Of a DNA stretch of 64,000 nt, positions 41,965-53,030 are shown one piece after another. A program made the translations under genes and the position numbers. Origin of the DNA: Auanema rhodensis. Lineage: Eukaryota; Animalia; Nematoda. Every line of letters starts with the position of its first letter. The first letter of the stretch is position 1. The stretch lies in the NCBI GenBank assembly GCA_964057225.1, contig OZ059895.1:13392001-13456000 (forward strand), given 5' to 3'. The notes beneath the pieces are model-generated. The model made no database searches. It saw only the letters and a program-made list of their open reading frames with translations, and was not told where the DNA came from.

Positions 41965-42374
41965 GAAAATATCTGATATTCAATGATTTACATACTTATC
42001 CTCGTTATTGTTTTTTTTCTAATTTCATGTTAGTTATGTAATTTTCTACGTTACATCTAAATTCCTCGATGATATCAAATCTTATGAGCACCAAATACAA
42101 TAAATTAAAAAAGGTTTCACAGTTGTATAGTGTTAAAACAATGTTTGTTTCAATAGGAAATAGATAGAAACAGTAAAGTTAAGATGAAGGTTCATAAACT
42201 AATGGTTTATAACTGTAATATAGAAATAAGATTGAAGATATTTTGATGCCTTGGGTTGAGCTATCTAAGTAAAACTGCTAGAAAATTAAAAACATTTGTT
42301 ACGGAAGAGATAAAATTGAAAATCAGCTGCACGGCGTACTTTCAACGTGGTATGATCGTTAAAAAAATTTGAAA

Positions 42375-42493
42375 AGCTTACGGCACCCGGGATTCCCAAG
42401 CCGTCTCCGATCCAAGTACTAACCGGGCCCAACGTTGCTTGACTTGCCAGATCGGACGGGATGGCGTACTTTCAACGTGGTATGGTCGTAAGC
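42375..42493 (-). rRNA. 5S rRNA
   Basis: Array copy. Confidence 0.95.
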
Positions 42494-42903
42494 GAAAATA
42501 TCTGATATTCAATGATTTACATACTTATCCTCGTTATTGTTTTTTTTCTAATTTCATGTTAGTTATGTAATTTTCTACGTTACATCTAAATTCCTCGATG
42601 ATATCAAATCTTATGAGCTCCAAATACAATAAATTAAAAAAGGTTTCACAGTTGTATAGTTTTAAAACAATGTTTGTTTCAATAGGAAATAGATAGAAAC
42701 AGTAAAGTTAAGATGAAGGTTCATAAACTACTGGTTTATAACTGTAATATAGAAATAAGATTGAAGATATTTTGATGCCTTGGGTTGAGCTATCTAAGTA
42801 AAACTGCTAGAAAATTAAAAACATTTGTTACGGAAGAGAGAAAATTGAAAATCAGCTGCACGGCGTACTTTCAACGTGGTATGATCGTTAAAAAAATTTG
42901 AAA

Positions 42904-43022
42904 AGCTTACGGCACCCGGGATTCCCAAGCCGTCTCCGATCCAAGTACTAACCGGGCCCAACGTTGCTTGACTTGCCAGATCGGACGGGATGGCGTACTT
43001 TCAACGTGGTATGGTCGTAAGC
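42904..43022 (-). rRNA. 5S rRNA
   Basis: Array copy. Confidence 0.95.
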
Positions 43023-43432
43023 GAAAATATCTGATATTCAATGATTTACATACTTATCCTCGTTATTGTTTTTTTTCCAATTTCATGTTAGTTATGTAAT
43101 TTTCTACGTTACATCTAAATTCCTCGATGATATCAAATCTTATGAGCTCCAAATACAATAAATTAAAAAAGGTTTCACAGTTGTATAGTGTTAAAACAAT
43201 GTTTGTTTCAATAGGAAATAGATAGAAACAGTAAAGTTAAGATGAAGGTTCATAAACTACTGGTTTATAACTGTAATATAGAAATAAGATTGAAGATATT
43301 TTGATGCCTTGGGTTGAGCTATCTAAGTAAAACTGCTAGAAAATTAAAAACATTTGTTACGGAAGAGATAAAATTGAAAATCAGCTGCATTGCGTACTTT
43401 CAACGTGGTATGATCGTTAAAAAAAATTGAAA

Positions 43433-43551
43433 AGCTTACGGCACCCGGGATTCCCAAGCCGTCTCCGATCCAAGTACTAACCGGGCCCAACGTTGCTTGA
43501 CTTGCCAGATCGGACGGGATGGCGTACTTTCAACGTGGTATGGTCGTAAGC
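43433..43551 (-). rRNA. 5S rRNA
   Basis: Array copy. Confidence 0.95.
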
Positions 43552-43961
43552 GAAAATACCTGATATTCAATGATTTACATACTTATCCTCGTTATTGTTT
43601 TTTTTCCAATTTCATGTTAGTTATGTAATTTTCTACGTTACATCTAAATTCCTCGATGATATCAAATCTTATGAGCTCCAAATACAATAAATTAAAAAAG
43701 GTTTCACAGTTGTATAGTGTTAAAACAATGTTTGTTTCAATAGGAAATAGATAGAAACAGTAAAGTTAAGATGAAGGTTCATAAACTACTGGTTTATAAC
43801 TGTAATATAGGAATAAGATTAGAGATAATTCGCTGCCTTGGGTTGAGCTATCTAAGTAAAACTGCTAGAAAATTAAAAACATTTGTTACGGAAGAGATAA
43901 AATTGAAAATCAGCTGCACGGCGTACTTTCAACGTGGTATGATCGTTAAAAAAATTTGAAA

Positions 43962-44080
43962 AGCTTACGGCACCCGGGATTCCCAAGCCGTCTCCGATCC
44001 AAGTACTAACCGGGCCCAACGTTGCTTGACTTGCCAGATCGGACGGGATGGCGTACTTTCAACGTGGTATGGTCGTAAGC
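43962..44080 (-). rRNA. 5S rRNA
   Basis: Array copy. Confidence 0.95.
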
Positions 44081-44490
44081 GAAAATACCTGATATTCAAT
44101 GATTTACATACTTATCCTCGTTATTGTTTTTTTTCCAATTTCATGTTAGTTATGTAATTTTCTACGTTACATCTAAATTCCTCGATGATATCAAATCTTA
44201 TGAGCTCCAAATACAATAAATTAAAAAAGGTTTCACAGTTGTATAGTGTTAAAACAATGTTTGTTTCAATAGGAAATAGATAGAAACAGTAAAGTTAAGA
44301 TGAAGGTTCATAAACTAATGGTTTATAACTGTAATATAGAAATAAGATTGAAGATATTTTGATGCCTTGGGTTGAGCTATCTAAGTAAAACTGCTAGAAA
44401 ATTAAAAACATTTGTTACGGAAGAGATAAAATTGAAAATCAGCTGCACGGCGTACTTTCAACGTGGTATGATCGTTAAAAAAATTTGAAA

Positions 44491-44609
44491 AGCTTACGGC
44501 ACCCGGGATTCCCAAGCCGTCTCCGATCCAAGTACTAACCGGGCCCAACGTTGCTTGACTTGCCAGATCGGACGGGATGGCGTACTTTCAACGTGGTATG
44601 GTCGTAAGC
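44491..44609 (-). rRNA. 5S rRNA
   Basis: Array copy. Confidence 0.95.
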
Positions 44610-45019
44610 GGAAATATCTGATATTCAATGATTTACATACTTATCCTCGTTATGGTTTTTTTTCCAATTTCATGTTAGTTATGTAATTTTCTACGTTACA
44701 TCTAAATTCCTCGATGATATCAAATCTTATGAGCTCCAAATACAATAAATTAAAAAAGGTTTCACAGTTGTATAGTGTTAAAACAATGTTTGTTTCAATA
44801 GGAAATAGATAGAAACAGTAAAGTTAAGATGAAGGTTCATAAACTACTGGTTTATAACTGTAATATAGAAATAAGATTGAAGATATTTTGATGCCTTGGG
44901 TTGAGCTATCTAAGTAAAACTGCTAGAAAATTAAAAACATTTGTTACGGAAGAGAGAAAATTGAAAATCAGCTGCACGGCGTACTTTCAACGTGGTATGA
45001 TCGTTAAAAAAATTTGAAA

Positions 45020-45138
45020 AGCTTACGGCACCCGGGATTCCCAAGCCGTCTCCGATCCAAGTACTAACCGGGCCCAACGTTGCTTGACTTGCCAGATCGG
45101 ACGGGATGGCGTACTTTCAACGTGGTATGGTCGTAAGC
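45020..45138 (-). rRNA. 5S rRNA
   Basis: Array copy. Confidence 0.95.
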
Positions 45139-45548
45139 GAAAATATCTGATATTCAATGATTTACATACTTATCCTCGTTATTGTTTTTTTTCCAATTTC
45201 ATGTTAGTTATGTAATTTTCTACGTTACATCTAAATTCCTCGATGATATCAAATCTTATGAGCTCCAAATACAATAAATTAAAAAAGGTTTCACAGTTGT
45301 ATAGTGTTAAAACAATGTTTGTTTCAATAGGAAATAGATAGAAACAGTAAAGTTAAGATGAAGGTTCATAAACTACTGGTTTATAACTGTAATATAGAAA
45401 TAAGATTGAAGATATTTTGATGCCTTGGGTTGAGCTATCTAAGTAAAACTGCTAGAAAATTAAAAACATTTGTTACGGAAGAGATAAAATTGAAAATCAG
45501 CTGCATTGCGTACTTTCAACGTGGTATGATCGTTAAAAAAAATTGAAA

Positions 45549-45667
45549 AGCTTACGGCACCCGGGATTCCCAAGCCGTCTCCGATCCAAGTACTAACCGG
45601 GCCCAACGTTGCTTGACTTGCCAGATCGGACGGGATGGCGTACTTTCAACGTGGTATGGTCGTAAGC
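45549..45667 (-). rRNA. 5S rRNA
   Basis: Array copy. Confidence 0.95.
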
Positions 45668-46077
45668 GAAAATACCTGATATTCAATGATTTACATACTT
45701 ATCCTCGTTATTGTTTTTTTTCCAATTTCATGTTAGTTATGTAATTTTCTACGTTACATCTAAATTCCTCGATGATATCAAATCTTATGAGCTCCAAATA
45801 CAATAAATTAAAAAAGGTTTCACAGTTGTATAGTGTTAAAACAATGTTTGTTTCAATAGGAAATAGATAGAAACAGTAAAGTTAAGATGAAGGTTCATAA
45901 ACTACTGGTTTATAACTGTAATATAGGAATAAGATTAGAGATAATTCGCTGCCTTGGGTTGAGCTATCTAAGTAAAACTGCTGGAAAATTGAAAACATTT
46001 GTTACGGAAGAGATAAAATTAAAAATCAGCTGCATGGCGTACTTTCAACGTGGTATGATCGTTAAAAAAATTTGAAA

Positions 46078-46196
46078 AGCTTACGGCACCCGGGATTCCC
46101 AAGCCGTCTTCGATCCAAGTACTAACCGGGCCCAACGTTGCTTGACTTGCCAGATCGGACGGGATGGCGTACTTTCAACGTGGTATGGTCGTAAGC
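46078..46196 (-). rRNA. 5S rRNA
   Basis: Array copy (1 SNP). Confidence 0.93.
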
Positions 46197-46607
46197 AAAA
46201 ATATCTGATATTCAATGATTTACATACTTATCCTCGTTATTGTTTTTTTTTCCAATTTCATGTTAGTTATGTAATTTTCTACGTTACATCTAAATTCCTC
46301 GATGATATCAAATCTTATGAGCTCCAAATACAATAAATTAAAAAAGGTTTCACAGTTGTATAGTGTTAAAACAATGTTTGTTTCAATAGGAAATAGATAG
46401 AAACAGTAAAGTTAAGATGAAGGTTCATAAACTACTGGTTTATAACTGTAATATAGAAATAAGATTGAAGATATTTTGATGCCTTGGGTTGAGCTATCTA
46501 AGTAAAACTGCTAGAAAATTAAAAACATTTGTTACGGAAGAGATAAAATTGAAAATCAGCTGCATTGCGTACTTTCAACGTGGTATGATCGTTAAAAAAA
46601 ATTGAAA

Positions 46608-46726
46608 AGCTTACGGCACCCGGGATTCCCAAGCCGTCTCCGAATCAAGTACTAACCGGGCCCAACGTTGCTTGACTTGCCAGATCGGACGGGATGGCGT
46701 ACTTTCAACGTGGTATGGTCGTAAGC
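46608..46726 (-). rRNA. 5S rRNA
   Basis: Array copy (2 substitutions in the internal control region). Confidence 0.9.
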
Positions 46727-47136
46727 GAAAATACCTGATATTCAATGATTTACATACTTATCCTCGTTATTGTTTTTTTTCCAATTTCATGTTAGTTATG
46801 TAATTTTCTACGTTACATCTAAATTCCTCGATGATATCAAATCTTATGAGCTCCAAATACAATAAATTAAAAAAGGTTTCACAGTTGTATAGTGTTAAAA
46901 CAATGTTTGTTTCAATAGGAAATAGATAGAAACAGTAAAGTTAAGATGAAGGTTCATAAACTACTGGTTTATAACTGTAATATAGAAATAAGATTGAAGA
47001 TATTTTGATGCCTTGGGTTGAGCTATCTAAGTAAAACTGCTAGAAAATTAAAAACATTTGTTACGGAAGAGATAAAATTGAAAATCAGCTGCACGGCGTA
47101 CTTTCAACGTGGTATGATCGTTAAAAAAATTTGAAA

Positions 47137-47255
47137 AGCTTACGGCACCCGGGATTCCCAAGCCGTCTCCGATCCAAGTACTAACCGGGCCCAACGTTGC
47201 TTGACTTGCCAGATCGGACGGGATGGCGTACTTTCAACGTGGTATGGTCGTAAGC
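47137..47255 (-). rRNA. 5S rRNA
   Basis: Array copy. Confidence 0.95.
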
Positions 47256-47621
47256 GGAAATATCTGATATTCAATGATTTACATACTTATCCTCGTTATG
47301 GTTTTTTTTCCAATTTCATGTTAGTTATGTAATTTTCTACGTTACATCTAAATTCCTCGATGATATCAAATCTTATGAGCTCCAAATACAATAAATTAAA
47401 AAAGGTTTCACAGTTGTATAGTGTTAAAACAATGTTTGTTTCAATAGGAAATAGATAGAAACAGTAAAGTTAAGATGAAGGTTCATAAACTACTGGTTTA
47501 TAACTGTAATATAGGAATAAGATTAGAGATAATTCGCTGCCTTCGGTTTAGCTATCTAAGTAAAACTGCTGGAAAATTGAAAACATTTGTTACGGAAGAG
47601 ATAAAATTAAAAATCAGCTGC

Positions 47622-47654
47622 ATGGCGTACTTTCAACGTGGTATGGTCGTAAGC
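47622..47654 (-). pseudogene. 5S remnant (first 33 nt only; 130-bp deletion)
   Basis: 5S 5' end fused directly to the tail of the downstream pseudo-fragment. Confidence 0.9.
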
Positions 47655-48064
47655 GAAAATATCTGATATTCAATGATTTACATACTTATCCTCGTTATTG
47701 TTTTTTTTCCAATTTCATGTTAGTTATGTAATTTTCTACGTTACATCTAAATTCCTCGATGATATCAAATCTTATGAGCTCCAAATACAATAAATTAAAA
47801 AAGGTTTCACAGTTGTATAGTGTTAAAACAATGTTTGTTTCAAAAGGAAATAGATAGAAACAGTAAAGTTAAGATGAAGGTTCATAAACTACTGGTTTAT
47901 AACTGTAATATAGAAATAAGATTGAAGATATTTTGATGCCTTGGGTTGAGCTATCTAAGTAAAACTGCTAGAAAATTGAAAACATTTGTTACGGAAGAGA
48001 TAAAATTGAAAATCAGCTGCATTGCGTACTTTCAACGTGGTATGATCGTTAAAAAAATTTGAAA

Positions 48065-48183
48065 AGCTTACGGCACCCGGGATTCCCAAGCCGTCTCCGA
48101 TCCAAGTACTAACCGGGCCCAACGTTGCTTGACTTGCCAGATCGGACGGGATGGCGTACTTTCAACGTGGTATGGTCGTAAGC
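48065..48183 (-). rRNA. 5S rRNA
   Basis: Array copy. Confidence 0.95.
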
Positions 48184-48593
48184 GAAAATACCTGATATTC
48201 AATGATTTACATACTTATCCTCGTTATTGTTTTTTTTCCAATTTCATGTTAGTTATGTAATTTTCTACGTTACATCTAAATTCTTCGATGATATCAAATC
48301 TTATGAGCTCCAAATACAATAAATTAAAAAAGGTTTCACAGTTGTATAGTGTTAAAACAATGTTTGTTTCAATAGGAAATAGATAGAAACAGTAAAGTTA
48401 AGATGAAGGTTCATAAACTACTGGTTTATAACTGTAATATAGAAATAAGATTGAAGATATTTTGATGCCTTGGGTTGAGCTATCTAAGTAAAACTGCTAG
48501 AAAATTAAAAACATTTGTTACGGAAGAGATAAAATTGAAAATCAGCTGCATTGCGTACTTTCAACGTGGTATGATCGTTAAAAAAAATTGAAA

Positions 48594-48712
48594 AGCTTAC
48601 GGCACCCGGGATTCCCAAGCCGTCTCCGATCCAAGTACTAACCGGGCCCAACGTTGCTTGACTTGCCAGATCGGACGGGATGGCGTACTTTCAACGTGGT
48701 ATGGTCGTAAGC
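48594..48712 (-). rRNA. 5S rRNA
   Basis: Array copy. Confidence 0.95.
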
Positions 48713-49122
48713 GAAAATATCTGATATTCAATGATTTACATACTTATCCTCGTTATGGTTTTTTTTCCAATTTCATGTTAGTTATGTAATTTTCTACGTT
48801 ACATCTAAATCCCTCGATGATATCAAATCTTATGAGATCCAAATACAATAAATTAAAAAAGGTTTCACAGTTGTATAGTGTTTAAACAATGTTTGTTTCA
48901 ATAGGAAATAGATAGAAACAGTAAAGTTAAGATGAAGGTTCATAAACTACTGGTTTATAACTGTAATATAGAAATAAGATTGAAGATATTTTGATGCCTT
49001 GGGTTGAGCTATCTAAGTAAAACTGCTGGAAAATTAAAAACATTTGTTACGGAAGAGATAAAATTGAAAATCAGCTGCATTGCGTACTTTCAACGTGGTA
49101 TGATCGTTAAAAAAATTTGAAA

Positions 49123-49241
49123 AGCTTACGGCACCCGGGATTCCCAAGCCGTCTCCGATCCAAGTACTAACCGGGCCCAACGTTGCTTGACTTGCCAGAT
49201 CGGACGGGATGGCGTACTTTCAACGTGGTATGGTCGTAAGC
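49123..49241 (-). rRNA. 5S rRNA (solo LTR junction 55-58 bp upstream)
   Basis: Array copy. Confidence 0.95.
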
Positions 49242-49299
49242 GAAAATACCTGATATTCAATGATTTACATACTTATCCTCGTTATTGTTTTTTTTCCAA

Positions 49300-49638
49300 C
49301 GTTCCATATTGGTTCCTAGGGTTCCGGCTAGGTAACCATATGGACTTTAATAGTGTGAATGCCATTGTAAAAGTAACGGAGAGTAGAGAAAAAGAAGTTT
49401 ATTCAGAATATGGAAATACAACTATAAAAGCAAAATACAATAATCAAATAAATGAAACTACATGTTATGAGAAAGCCAACCTAGTTGCTTTCTCAGGGGT
49501 TTATATAGAAAAATATTAATTACAAATATAATTGAATTTATACAAAAAGTAGTTCAGGTCTAGTTTCTAATTGAATTCTATTAACCAAAAGTCGGTTGAC
49601 GTTGTCAACCGCCTTCTTTATAAGACACGTATGGAACA
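49300..49638 (-). mobile_element. Family A solo LTR at the array inversion breakpoint (no TSD)
   Basis: Complete 339-bp LTR; left flank CCAA belongs to the minus-oriented array, right flank ATAC to the plus-oriented array. Confidence 0.95.
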
Positions 49639-50027
49639 ATACCACATTGAAAGTACGCAATGCAGCTGATTTTCAATTTTATCTCTTCCGTAACAAATGT
49701 TTTTAATTTTCCAGCAGTTTTACTTAGATAGCTCAACCCAAGGCATCAAAATATCTTCAATCTTATTTCTATATTACAGTTATAAACCAGTAGTTTATGA
49801 ACCTTCATCTTAACTTTACTGTTTCTATCTATTTCCTATTGAAACAAACATTGTTTTAACACTATACAACTGTGAAACCTTTTTTAATTTATTGTATTTG
49901 GAGCTCATAAGATTTGATATCATCGAGGAATTTAGATGTAACGTAGAAAATTACATAACTAACATGAAATTGGAAAAAAAACAATAACGAGGATAAGTAT
50001 GTAAATCATTGAATATCAGGTATTTTC

Positions 50028-50146
50028 GCTTACGACCATACCACGTTGAAAGTACGCCATCCCGTCCGATCTGGCAAGTCAAGCAACGTTGGGCCCGGTT
50101 AGTACTTGGATCGGAGACGGCTTGGGAATCCCGGGTGCCGTAAGCT
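50028..50146 (+). rRNA. 5S rRNA
   Basis: Array copy, plus strand. Confidence 0.95.
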
Positions 50147-50556
50147 TTTCAAATTTTTTTAACGATCATACCACGTTGAAAGTACGCCATGCAGCTGATT
50201 TTCAATTTTATCTCTTCAGTAACAAATGTTTTTAATTTTCCAGCAGTTTTACTTAGATAGCTCAACCCGAGGCATCAAAATATCTTCAATCTTATTTCTA
50301 TATTACAGTTATAAACCAGTAGTTTATGAACCTTCATCTTAACTTTACTGTTTCTATCTATTTCCTATTGAAACAAACATTGTTTTAACACTATACAACT
50401 GTGAAACCTTTTTTAATTTATTGTATTTGGAGCTCATAAGATTTGATATCATCGAGGAATTTAGATGTAACGTAGAAAATTACATAACTAACATGAAATT
50501 GGAAAAAAAACAATAACGAGGATAAGTATGTAAATCATTGAATATCAGGTATTTTC

Positions 50557-50675
50557 GCTTACGACCATACCACGTTGAAAGTACGCCATCCCGTCCGATC
50601 TGGCAAGTCAAGCAACGTTGGGCCCGGTTAGTACTTGGATCGGAGACGGCTTGGGAATCCCGGGTGCCGTAAGCT
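50557..50675 (+). rRNA. 5S rRNA
   Basis: Array copy, plus strand. Confidence 0.95.
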
Positions 50676-51085
50676 TTTCAAATTTTTTTAACGATCATAC
50701 CACGTTGAAAGTACGCCATGCAGCTGATTTTCAATTTTATCTCTTCAGTAACAAATGTTTTTAATTTTCCAGCAGTTTTACTTAGATAGCTCAACCCGAG
50801 GCATCAAAATATCTTCAATCTTATTTCTATATTACAGTTATAAACCAGTAGTTTATGAACCTTCATCTTAACTTTACTGTTTCTATCTATTTCCTATTGA
50901 AACAAACATTGTTTTAACACTATACAACTGTGAAACCTTTTTTAATTTATTGTATTTGGAGCTCATAAGATTTGATATCATCGAGGAATTTAGATGTAAC
51001 GTAGAAAACTACATAACTAACATGAAATTGGAAAAAAAACAATAACGAGGATAAGTATGTAAATCATTGAATATCAGGTATTTTC

Positions 51086-51204
51086 GCTTACGACCATACC
51101 ACGTTGAAAGTACGCCATCCCGTCCGATCTGGCAAGTCAAGCAACGTTGGGCCCGGTTAGTACTTGGATCGGAGACGGCTTGGGAATCCCGGGTGCCGTA
51201 AGCT
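51086..51204 (+). rRNA. 5S rRNA
   Basis: Array copy, plus strand. Confidence 0.95.
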
Positions 51205-51549
51205 TTTCAAATTTTTTTAACGATCATACCACGTTGAAAGTACGCAATGCAGCTGATTTTCAATTTTATCTCTTCCGTAACAAATGTTTTTAATTTTCCA
51301 GCAGTTTTACTTAGATAGCTCAACCCAAGGCATCAAAATATCTTCAATCTTATTTCTATATTACAGTTATAAACCAGTAGTTTATGAACCTTCATCTTAA
51401 CTTTACTGTTTCTATCTATTTCCTATTGAAACAAACATTGTTTAAACACTATACAACTGTGAAACCTTTTTTAATTTATTGTATTTGGATCTCATAAGAT
51501 TTGATATCATCGAGGGATTTATATGTAACGTAGAAAATTACATAACTAA

Positions 51550-51888
51550 TGTTCCATACGTGTCTTATAAAGAAGGCGGTTGACAACGTCAACCGACTTT
51601 TGGTTAATGGAATTCAATAAGAAACTAGACCTGAACTACTTTTTGTATAAATTCAATTATATTTGTAATTAATATTTTGCTATATAAACCCCTGAGAAAG
51701 CAACTAGGTTGGCTTTCTCATAACATGTAGTTTCATTTATTTGATTATTGTATTTTGCTTTTATAGTTGTATTTCCATATTCTGAATAAACTTCTTTTTC
51801 TCTACTCTCTGTTACTTTTACAATGGCATTCACACTATTAAAGTCCATATGGTTACCTAGCCGGAACCCTAGGAACCAATATGGAACG
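51550..51888 (+). repeat. Family A 5' LTR (A3); candidate TATA 51681-51688 and AATAAA 51785-51790
   Basis: Direct repeat of 62950-63288; TATATAAA and AATAAA in U3/R order. Confidence 0.94.
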
Positions 51889-51909
51889 TGGAGGTTCCAC
51901 CGAGATTCG
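51889..51909 (+). other. PBS (tRNA-Gln) of A3
   Basis: TGGAGGTTCCACCGAGATTCG. Confidence 0.88.
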
Positions 51910-53030
51910 TCTATAAGGGACGAATCTCTATGGACCATTGCCGCTACTTTTCTCACCTTTAAATTACTTTCTCTTTCTTTGAAATCCTTTTTACTCTAAA
52001 AATTTATCTTGATTTCATATCCAAAAATTCTAATTAAATTTTATATTTCAAACTTTCAAGTCAATTTTGTATCTAAAACAAAAACTCCAATTTAATCTAG
52101 TAATTCGAATTTATCTCTAAATATCATTCTTCTAACATCATTTCTGATATATCTATTTGAAAAAAAAAAAAAAAAAAAATGTCTTATACATATTATCTAT
52201 TACAATCTATATTCCTACGTTATTCCTCTACTTTCCTGTATGTTAAAGGCATATAATGCATAAAAAACTCTTTTTGGAACAAGCATATCAAAATATTTAA
52301 CCACGAATAATATTAAAAACTATCAATTCATGAAATATCTTAAAGACATTTATTCATATTGCAACACTTACCCATAAGTCATCTTGAAAACATCTTATCA
52401 CAAGCTAAATTTTGAAAATATCTATTCATAAATCATTCTGAAAACATTGATTCATAAACAAAACCACTATTCTTGATATCTAACGCATTTTTATGAGAAA
52501 GCCCCGTAAGAAACAATACCAGACATTCTCGGGACATCGCGCGGAGGCGTACACTTTTTGATATAAGACGCGCAATCATTTGAAATTAACCCTTTTGGTC
52601 CCATATGTGAATTAATGAATATTTTGAAGTTGAGTGGTCCCACCTAGCAAGACCCAGGGGAACAGAAGTAACGTTAAAAGGGAACGTCTTTTGGGGGTTT
52701 GCTTAGGTAAGAGAAGTCTGGAAAAGTGAGTATGAGAAGCCTGTGTACCTGATCTTGTCCATGACTGAAAAGGAGCAATACACAAACCACTGTCTCATAT
52801 CTCATGCCTCTTCGAGAGATAAGAACTTGGTCCTTTGCTAAAGGTCACACGTAGTTGCGGACTCGTGTATGAACCTGACCAGGCTATTCTCCGACTAGAG
52901 ACCCGCTGCAGGCTGGCCCCCTGACAGGAACAGGAGTCGCGCATACCAACCCCATATTGTCTCTTACGTTTTGTATATTATAAGCTCAGTCTTCGTTGGT
53001 TAATAATTTCCTTCCAGGAAACCAACAAAG

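Larger units (their letters stand above)
38856..49299 (-). repeat. Tandem 5S rDNA array block 2 (19 genes plus one gene-deleted unit)
   Basis: ~529-bp periodicity with one unit 130 bp shorter. Confidence 0.96.
49639..51549 (+). repeat. Inverted 5S rDNA array block 3 (3 genes)
   Basis: Reverse complement of the unit in blocks 1-2. Confidence 0.96.
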
